NCBI GenBank assembly: GCA_051362555.1
Contig: CM120648.1
Coordinates: 19,154,587-19,218,586 of the forward strand
Reading direction: 5' to 3'
Length of the DNA: 64,000 nucleotides
DNA from: Lingula anatina
Taxonomy: Eukaryota > Animalia > Brachiopoda
Below the pieces are notes generated by a model, which was given only the letters and a program-made list of their open reading frames with translations, made no database searches and was not told where the DNA came from. This document shows, piece by piece, positions 54,147 through 64,000 of the stretch. The position numbers and the translations under genes are program-made. How positions within the stretch are numbered: position 1 is the stretch's first letter; every line of letters begins with the position of its first letter.

Positions 54147-55709
54147 GTCATGAAATTCACAGGAGTAATCGGTCTTACTATAACGCAGGTCAAGTTCGAA
54201 AATCGGCATGATCGGGCCATTATTTTAGTAATTATGCTTTTTTTTTTACTTTTCAGCATTTATGCAACCCTGTAAACACATTTTAAGGAAAACCGTTAAG
54301 CCTGTTGTCATGAAACTCACAGGAGTAATTAATCTTACTTAAATGCAGGTCAAGTTGGAAAATTGGCATGATCGGGCCACTATTTTAGTAGTTATGCTGT
54401 TTTTTCACTTTTCAGCATATATGCAACACTGTAAACACAATATAAGAAAAACAGATTGGCCAATTGTCATTAAACTCACAGTAGTGGTCAATCTTACTAA
54501 AACGCAGGTTGAGTTCGAAAATCAGGATAATCGGGCCATTATTTTAGAAGTTATGCTGTTTTTTCACATTTCCTCAGATTCAATTCTTAGGCAGGTTAAC
54601 AGTCTCATTATTTAACTAATAAGACACGTAAAAGTGTTTGGTTGACATTTCCTGCATCTTTACAACATTATTAGTTGATTATGTAAAAATGATGGTAAAC
54701 TTGTTATCGTGTATTGTGTAATAAAGTTTCAAAAATGGAAATAAACTCATATCATTGCAGTTTGTCAGCTTCAATCCTTCACTATGTTCAGAATCTCAGA
54801 ATGGAGGAAATTGGACATTCCGTCACTGTCACTGGCGCCGGCGCCGTTCACTTTCATTGTAAACACGATAAGTGGAAGGCAGTTTTACTTTTTGGCTGTA
54901 TATTTACAGAGGTGATGAATATTCATAAAACGCAGGTCAAGTTCGAAAATCAGCATGATCGGGCCATTATTGTAAAAGTTATGCTTTTTTTTCACTTTTC
55001 AGCATATATGCAACCCTATAAACACATTTCAAGGAAAACCGATAGGCCTTTTGTCATGAAATTCACAGGAGTAATCGGTCTTACTATAACGCAGGTCAAG
55101 TTCGAAAATCGGCATGATCGGGCCATTATTTTAGTAATTATGCTTTTTTTTTCACTTTTCAGCATATATGCAACACTGTAAACACATTATAAGAAAAACA
55201 GATTGGCCAATTGTCATTAAATTCACAGGAGTGGTCATTCCTGCTAAAACGCACGTTGAGTCAAAAATCAGCATAATAGGGCCATTATTTTGAAGAAATG
55301 CCGTCTTTTCACATTTCCTCAGATTTAATTCTTAGGCATGTTAACAGTTTCATATTTTAATTAATAAGATACAAAAAAGTGTTTGTTTGGCATTTCTTGC
55401 ATCTTTACAACATTATTAGTTGATTATGTAAAAACGATGGTTAACTTGTTATCGTGTATTGTGTAATAAAGTTTCAAAAATGGAAATAAACTTATATCAT
55501 TGCAGTTTGTCAGATTCAATCATTCACTATGTTCGGAATCTCAGAATGGAAGAAATTGGACATTTAACACTGCTCTATTGATATTTTTCCCATCTCATCA
55601 ATTTTCTTAGTTGATCATATAAAAATTGCAGTAAACTATTAATTTTGTTTTATGTTAAAAATTGTTAAAAATGGAAAAGAAAACATTTCAGAACAGTGCT
55701 GTCTTGTTT

Positions 55710-56077
55710 TAATATAGATTTTTAAATATTTAAGACATTGCAGAAATCTTGAGTTTGGCAGTTTCTCCATGAAACACTGCTTTTTGGTCATAGCATCCTA
55801 TAGTAAACTACCCCAAACATATACCCAAAACCCCCAAATCAAATGTCAAGTTTGACCTTGACCCTCATTTTCAAGGTCATTTGGCTATTTCATGGAGAAA
55901 TATTGAAGTGGGCTAAAAGTGATGTTTAGTTGACCCCCCCTCCCAATTCGCACATGCTCTTTCAGAATATAGGGTCACATTTAACCCATGACCTTCACAT
56001 GACCTTGTAAGAGCATTTTCACACCTATTTTGCAGGGGAATCCTCCGCCACTGGCTTTAGCCAGTTGCAGTCTAGTT
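55710..56077 (+). repeat. 3' fragment of another interspersed (TGACCTT-rich) repeat
   Basis: tgaccttgacc motifs and terminal hairpin actggc-ttta-gccagt then ctagtt; interrupts the long element. Confidence 0.5.
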
Positions 56078-56281
56078 AAAATTTGATGTTGAATTTGCAG
56101 TTTAACATAATGTACTTTTGCATCATAATTGACAGTAGCCTATTTTGTTATATCCTGCTTTTTGTCTGTACATTTGACAGCTTTGCTGCCTTGTTTATGG
56201 TCATTTGGGTCTAAATGTAACTAAAGGAGCGAAAAACCAAAAAAGAGTAAAGACTGTTGTCAGTCAGATTATATGGTAGTC

Positions 56282-58160
56282 TTTTTATGTACAGACACAG
56301 ATGTGTCTGTACATATAGCCATCATCTGCGTCTGTCGTCGCCGTCGCCGCCGTCATCGCCGTCATCGCCGTCGTCGCCGTCGGTGCCGTCGTCGCCGTCG
56401 TCGCCGTGCACTTTTACCGATAACACGATAAGTGGAAAACCATTTTACCTTTTGACTTGAAACTTGCGGAACTGATGAATATTCATAATACGCAGGTCAA
56501 GTTCGAAAATCAGCATGATCGGGTCACTTTTAGGGAATTTATGCTGTTTTTTCACTTTTTTCAGCATATATGCAGCACCGATAACACGATAAGTGGAAAA
56601 CCATTTTACCTTTTGACTTGAAACTTACAGAACTGATGAATATTCATAATACGCAGATCAAGTTTGAAAATCAGCATGATCGGGTCACTTTTAGGGAATT
56701 TATGCTGTTTTTTCACTATTTTCAATATAAATGCAACATTGTTAACACAATATAAGAAGTTAAGATGTGACTTTGAAGTACCATGAGCCTGCAGACCTTT
56801 GCTAGTCACATTTTCTGAATGTCCATGTTACTAATATTCTATTATTAAAAATTGATGGTCATTATGCTGTTAAACATTATGTAATGTTGCATCAAAATTT
56901 GAAGAAACCCCTATTTTGGGCACTGCTCCCATGATGACCATTTAAGGAAAATCATGTCACTTACTGTGCTCAAACTTACAGGAAAGAAACTTGGGTCTAA
57001 ATTACATGTGTACAGCTTCTGTAGGCAATGCAGTTTGTTTGGTAATTTTTTCTGGCAATTAAACAGTTTTTTGTGAAAATTTTATTTTTCACTTATTGGC
57101 ATTTTCAAGGTGTGACTTTGAAGTTCCACGATCCTGAAGACCTTTGCTTGTCACTTTTTCTGAATGTCCATGTTACTAATATTCTATTCTTAAAAATTGA
57201 TGGTCATTATGCTGTTAAGCATTATGTAATGTTGCATCAAAATAGAAGAAAACACAATTTTTGGTGCCACTGCCATGATGACCATTATGAGAAAACCGTG
57301 TTACTTATGACTATCAAACCTTAAAAAAAGAAACACTGGACTAAAATGGACTAAGTTGGAAAAGCAGTCTAATTGGCTTCTTTTTCTGGAAGTTATACAT
57401 TTGAGTGAACTATTCATTATCTTTTTGGCTCCCATGGACATGAAGGCGAATGGTAATCAAATTTTCTACATGTCCATGCTATTTATAGTCAATAATCAAA
57501 AATTGGTGATAATTATTCTACAATTTATTATGTAATGTTACATCAAAATTGACAACAATCTTTTTGCACTGCTACTGCAAACATTATGAAAAGAAAACTG
57601 TGTTACTTATTATCATTTTTAACTTCCAAGTATAATTTTAAGGATTGGCATGCAGTTCAAATTAGAAAGCCAGGTCAATTGGGTTATCATTTATTATTGA
57701 CTTTATGCAATTTTGTGTGAAATTTTCATTTTTCTCATTCTGGCACTTTCTAAGTATAAACTTGAACTCTGATGGGCCTGAAGCCTTATGCTCTTACTTT
57801 AGTCGGTGTTACCTGTTGTGCATAATTAAAATTTGATGTTGACTGTGCAGTTAAACATAATGTATTATTGCATCAGAATTGGTAGGCTCCTATTTTGTGC
57901 ATTATTGTTTTGTGCTTTCCTTAAGATGTGACTTATGGGCCTGAGAGGCCTTTGAGAGGGTCAGTCTGTAAATTTCCCTTGGGTATCACTAAGCTTAGTT
58001 TTGAGTTATAAATTCATTTGCCTAATTGATTATTAATAGGCCATTAAATCAGATTACATAAAGCACACTTGTTGATATCTCCCTGTAAACTCCCAAAGGT
58101 TAAGCTCTGCTAGATTAATAATAAGGAAGCAGTGATAATTATGGAGGTAAATTATGCAGG

Positions 58161-58203
<43 letters not shown>

Positions 58204-61200
58204 AACACGAAGATGAAAAGTTTGAATAGCAGCATCATTGGAATTATATTTACCTCAGGCTCTGCCAAGGAGGTTATATTTTCACCGTTTGTCTGTCATC
58301 AACATAACTCAAAAAGTTATAGACCGATTTTGCTGAAATTTTCAGGAACTGTCAGAAGTGGGCCAATGATTAGTTTTTGGTGGTGGTCTGGCTCAATTAT
58401 CAATCAATAATCAATAATAATCAACAATTGCTGCCTTGGCAGAGGTCTGCACTCTCAGAGTGCTTTTCTAGTTTTGTTATGTTTTCCTTTATAGTTTTTT
58501 CTCAAACACTTGCATTTGCGACTCTTAACTCAAATCCGTTTGAGGCTCTGCACATTTTCTGTATTTCCACAGAAGCAGTTGTATTGTTTTTATGTCTTTA
58601 AACATTATGTAATATTATTTTATACACTGTCATCATTTTTCAAATATTGAGACTTTCATTGTGCGACTTTGGTCTCTCATGGTCCTGAAACTGCAATCTT
58701 ATTGAAGGGGTGGATTGAGACCATCTTCTGGTTAGTCAGGTTATTAAGTTTATATTGACTGGTATCTATTTTTTTTCTGTTGGAAGACCATCAAAGTGGA
58801 GGATGGATCAACATAGATACTTTGGAATACTGTCAGAAAATATCTCAGGGTCCGCTCCTGTTATTGACCATGTTACCTGTTGTCCATGATTAAAATTCAG
58901 TATTGACTGACAGTGCTATTATAAGCATTATTTATTATTGCATCAAAATTCACAAAATGACCTTTTTTATGTACAGACACAGAAGTGTCTGTACATATAG
59001 CCGTCACCTGCGTCTGTCGTCGCCGTTGCCGTTGCCGTTGCCGTTGGCGTGCACTTTTACCGTAAACACGATGAGTGGAAAACCGTTTTACGTTTTGACT
59101 TGAAACTTACAGAACTGATGAATATTCATAATATTCAGGTCAAGTTCGAAAATCAGCATGATCGGGCCATTTTTAGGGAAGTTATGCTGTTTTTTCACTT
59201 TTTTCAGCATATATGCAATACCGTAAACACGATAAGTGGAAAACCGTTTTACCTTTTGGTTTGAAACTTACAGAACTGATGAATTTGTATAATACGCAGG
59301 TCAAGTTTGAAAATCAGCATGATCGGGTCATTTTTAGGGAAGTTTTGCTTTTTTTTTCACTTTTTTCAGCATTTATGCAACACCGTAAACACGATAAGTG
59401 GAAAACCGTTTTACCTTTTGGTTTGAAACTTACAGAACTGATGAATTTGTATAATACGCAGGTCAAGTTCGAAAATCAGCATGATTGGGTCATTTTTAGG
59501 GAAGTTTTGCTTTTTTTTCACTTTTTTCAGCATATATGCAACACCGTAAACACGATAAGTGGAAAACCGTTTTACCTTTTGGTTTGAAACTTACAGAACT
59601 GATGAATATTTATAATACACAGGTCAAGTTTGAAAATCAGCATGATTGGGTCATTTTTAGGGAAGTTATGCTTTTTTTCACATTTTCTCTGATTCAATTC
59701 TTAGGCATGTTAATAGTCTCATTATTGAACTAATAAGATATGTAAAAGTGTTTTTTTGACATTTCCTGCATTTTTACAACATTGTTAGTTGATTATGTAA
59801 AAATGATGGTAAACTTGTTATCTTGTATTGTGTAATGAAGTGTCAAAAATGGAAATAAACACATATCATTGCAGTTTGTCAGATTCAATCATCCACTATG
59901 TTCAGAATCTCAGAATGGAGGAAATTGGACATTTAATACTGTTCTATTGATATTTTTCCCATCTCATCAATTTTCTTAGTTGGTCATATAAAAATGGCAG
60001 TAAACTGTTAATTTTGTTTTATGTTAAAAAAGTGTTAAAAATGGAAATAAACCCATTTCAGAAAGTGCTGTCTTGTTTACATTTTGGCATTTTCAAGATG
60101 TGACTTTGAAGTTCCATGGGCCTGAAGACCTTTGCTAGTCACATTTTCTGAATATCCATGATACTAATATTTTATTATTAAAAATTGATGGTCATTATGC
60201 TGTTAAACATTATGTAATATTGCATCAAAATTTGAAGAAACCCCTATTTTGGGCACTGCTCCCATGATGACCATTTAAGGAAAATCATGTCACTTACTGT
60301 TCTCAAACTTACAGGAAAGAAACATGGGACTAAAATACAGCTTCAGTAGGCAATGCAGTCTGTTTGGTAATTTTTTCTGGCAGTTAAACAGTTTTTTGTG
60401 AAAATTTAATTTTTCACATATTGGCATTTTCAAGGTGTGACTTTGAAGTTCTATGATCCTGAAGACCTTTGCTTGTAACATTTTCTGAATGTCCATGTTA
60501 CTAATATTCTATTATTAAAAATTGATGGTCATTATGCTGTTAAACATTATGTAATTTTACATTAAAATTTGAAGAAACCCCTATTTTGGGCACTGCTCCC
60601 ATGATGAGCACTTAAGGAAAATCATGTCACTTACTGTTCTCAAACTTACAGGAAAGAAACATGGGACTAAAATACAGCTTTAGTAGGAAATTTAGTCTGT
60701 TTGGTAAATTTTTCTGGCAGTTAAACAGTTTTTTGTGAAAATTTCATTTTTCACATATTGGCATTTTCAAGGTGTGACTTAGAACCTCCACGGGCTTGAA
60801 GACCCATGCTAGTCACATTTTCTGAAAATCCATGATACGTATATATTATTATTAAAAATTGATGGTCATTATGCTGTTAAGCATTATGTAATGTTGCATC
60901 AAAATAGAAGAAAACACAATTTTTGGTGCTGCTGCCATGATGACCATTATGGGAAAACCGTGTTACTTACGACTGTCAAACTTTCAAAAAAGAAACACAG
61001 GACTAAAATGCAGCCTGAGTTGGAAAAGCAGTCTAATTGGCTTCTTTTTCTGGAAGTTATACATTTTAGTGAAAAATTCATTATTATCGTGTTGGCATAT
61101 TCATTGTGGGACTCGGAGCTCCCATGGACATGAAGCAGAATAGTAATCAAATTTCTAAATGCCCATGCTATTTATAGTCAATAATCAAAAATTGGTGATA

Positions 61201-61865
61201 ATTATTATATAATTTATTATGTAATGTTACATCAAAATTGACAAAAATCTTTTTGCACTGCTACTGCAAACATTATGAAAAGAAAACTGTGTTACTTATT
61301 ATTATTTTTAACTTACAAGTATGATTTTTAGGATTGGCATGCAGTTCAAATTAGAAAGCCAGCTCAATTGGGTTATCTTTTATCATTGAATTCATGCAAT
61401 TTTGTGTGAAATTTTCATTTTTCTCATTCTGGCACTTTCAAAGTATAAACTTGAACTCTGATGGGCCTGAAGCCTTATGCTTTTACTTTCATTGGTGTTA
61501 CCTGTTGTGCATAATTAAAATTTGATGTTGACTGTGCAGTTAAACATAATGTATTATTGCATCAGAATTGGTAGTCTCCTATTTTGTGCATTATTGTTAT
61601 GTGCTTTTCTTAAGATGTGACTTATGGGCCTGAAAGATCTTTGAGAGGGTCAGTCTGTAAATTTCCCTTGGGTATCACTTGGGTATCACTCAGAGTTATA
61701 AAGTCATTAATAGGCCATTAAATGAGATTACATAAAGCACACTTGTTGATATTTCCCTGTAAACTCCCAAAGGTTAAGCTCTCTGCTAGATTAATAATAA
61801 GTAAGCAGTGAAGTGAATTATGCAGGTAAATTTTGTTTAATATTGCAAATAATATTGCAAATAAG

Positions 61866-61922
<57 letters not shown>

Positions 61923-62806
61923 ATTAAAAGTTTGAATGGCAGCATCATTGGAATTATATTTACCTCTGCCAAGGAGGTTATGTTTTCACCCCTGTTTGTG
62001 TGTCATCCACATAACACAAAAAAGTTATGGACCGATTTTGCAGAAATTTTCAGGAACTGTCGGAAGTGGGCCAAAGAGGACAATGATTAATTTTTGGTGG
62101 TGGTCCGGATCAATAATCAATCAATTATCAATAATAATCAACAATTGCTGCCTTGGCAGAGGTCTGCACTCTCAAAGTGCTTTTCTAGTTTTGTTGTTTT
62201 CCTTTATAATTTTTTCTCAAACACTTGCATTTGTGACTTTTAACTCTCATCTGCCTGGGGCTCTGCACATTTTCTGTATTTCTACATAAGCAGTTGTATT
62301 GTTTTTTATGTCTTTAAACATTATGTAATATTATTTTATGCACTGTCATCATTTTTCAAATATTGAGACTTTCATAATGTGAATTTGAACTCTCATGGTC
62401 CTGAAACTGTAATCTTATTGAAGGGGTGGATTGAGGCCATCTTCTGGGTCTTCCAGAAGACATTCAGGTTATTAAGTTTATATTGACTGGTATCTATTTT
62501 TTTCTGTTGGAAGACCATCAAAATGGAGGATGGATCAACATAGATACTTTGTAATACTGTCAGAAAATATCTCTGGGTCTGCTCCTGTTATTGACCATGT
62601 TACCTGTTGTGCAAGATTAAAATTCAGTGTTGACTGACAGTGCTATTATAAGCATTATTTATTATTGCATCAAAATTGACAAAATGACCTTTTTTGCATC
62701 TTTATTTTCTGTTTTTTGTCTGTACATTTGTCAGCTTTGCTGCCTTGTTGCATCTTTATTTTCTGTTTTTTTGTCTGTACATTTGACAGCTTTGCTGCCT
62801 TGTTTT
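56282..62806 (+). mobile_element. Long Helentron/DINE-like copy with a second copy (58963-62749) nested near its 3' end
   Basis: Heads at 56287 and 58969; the outer sequence caaaatgaccttttt|gcatctttattttctg resumes at 62750, giving two successive 3' ends. Confidence 0.85.
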
Positions 62807-64000
62807 ACTTTAAAAGGGTTTTAGTGGGCATATTAGAATATTCAGACATGTCCCTATATAACAAATTGCTTAGAATCCTGTTCTGTGCAATTGAGCCAAT
62901 TTTCATGCTTGTAGTTTTAAGTGCATGATGAATTCACCATACTGCTGCTGTGAGTGGCCTTTTTTTCTTATTTTTGGATGCCATTTTGGATTTCTATACA
63001 CTTAAAGAATCAAATATTGATACTTCATGCATACCATAGTCTTGTCTAACCATAAAAGTTATTATAGGATTATATATACTTGTTTTAATTTTTAACGGGT
63101 ATTTGTGTCGGCTATATTGGATTTGGGGGCCATATATTGAAATTTTTAGACATGCTCATACATCCAAAAGTGCTTGGAATCCTGTTTTACAACTGTACCA
63201 AATGCAATGCTTGTAGTTTTTGATGAATTAACCACTCTGCTGGATATCTTGGATTAGTAGAGTGCTTTTTACTATTGACGGCCATTTTGGATTTAATACA
63301 CCTAAAAAAGCAAATATTGATTCTGAATTCATACCGTGGTGTTTTTTAACATTTGTATGATATTTACGCCCTTAAAAGACTATATACTTGAAGTTTTAAT
63401 TAGAAGCCGTATTTTTTGGAGGCCATCTTGGATTTGAAGGCCATTTTTAAATTTTCAGATATGCCCATACATCCAAACTTGCTCAAAATTTCATTTTCCA
63501 CAAACCTGCCAAATTTTATGCTTGTAGTTTTAAGTGCTTGATGAAATGGATATCTTGAATAAATGGTCTGCTTTTTTTTACTTTTGGCGGCCATTTTGGA
63601 TTTAATACACCTGAAGGATTCATACCATGGTGTTTTCTAATCTTTATATGATATTTTAAGTCATTAGAAGACTATGTACTTGAAGTTTTAATTTGAAAAG
63701 GTATTTTGGTTGCCATATTGGATTTGACGGCCATTTTGGAATTTTCAGACATGCCCATATATCCTAATTTGCTTAGAATTTTATTGTCCATAAGTGTGCC
63801 AAATTTCATGCTTGTAGGTAAAAAATGCACAATTTTTCACCAATTTCCTGGACTATTACATCGTTATATGCTGTTGTGCATAATTAAATTTTGGGGTTGA
63901 CTGTGCAGTTAAGCATTGTATTACATTAGAACTGACAGTCTCCTATTTTGTGCATTATTATTTTCTGCTTTTTTAAAACTGTGACTTAGATATTTCATGG

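Larger units (their letters stand above)
45163..56195 (+). mobile_element. Nest of at least four long Helentron/DINE-like copies
   Basis: 5' hairpin heads at 45168, 45890, 46695 and 47681; 3' ends (tgtacatttgacagctttgctgccttgtt) at ~52426 and ~56195. Confidence 0.8.
42941..63855. mobile_element. Academ-like DNA transposon expanded by nested insertions
   Basis: tta|TAGTCCAAGAAATTGGTG ... CACCAATTTCCTGGACTA|tta; long imperfect TIRs (42941-~43560 and ~62810-63855) with CCAANATGGC motifs; the two flanks rejoin into one continuous host repeat. Confidence 0.75.

Noticed and set aside
45102-59733. Recurring ORFs with QVKFENQHDR or MYRHRCVCTY
   Set aside because: Translations of the non-coding 161-bp core and hairpin of the DINE-like repeat; frames are not conserved between copies.

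Overview
AT-rich, repeat-dense eukaryotic (metazoan, probably lophotrochozoan-type marine invertebrate; inference) genomic DNA; no rRNA, tRNA or CRISPR seen. The left end holds an apparently intact BEL/Pao LTR retrotransposon on the minus strand, abutting a (TA)n tract. The main host locus is on the plus strand: a 311-codon NHL beta-propeller ORF (29053-29988) ending at a phase-1 splice donor, then, 11.3 kb downstream, three symmetric phase-1 exons (41327-41557, 42007-42162, 42451-42501). The first of these carries a Roc-type GTPase G1/G2 region, suggesting an NHL-Roc (Roco-like) fusion gene that runs out of the window. A decayed NHL paralogue lies at ~6840-7175. The rest is mostly transposons: Harbinger-, hAT- and CMC-like elements, a 60-bp satellite built from a MITE end, and an Academ-like element (42941-63855, TTA target duplication) inflated from ~3.4 kb to ~21 kb by nested Helentron/DINE-like elements. 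All calls are from reading the sequence by eye; superfamily labels rest on termini and target-site duplications only.
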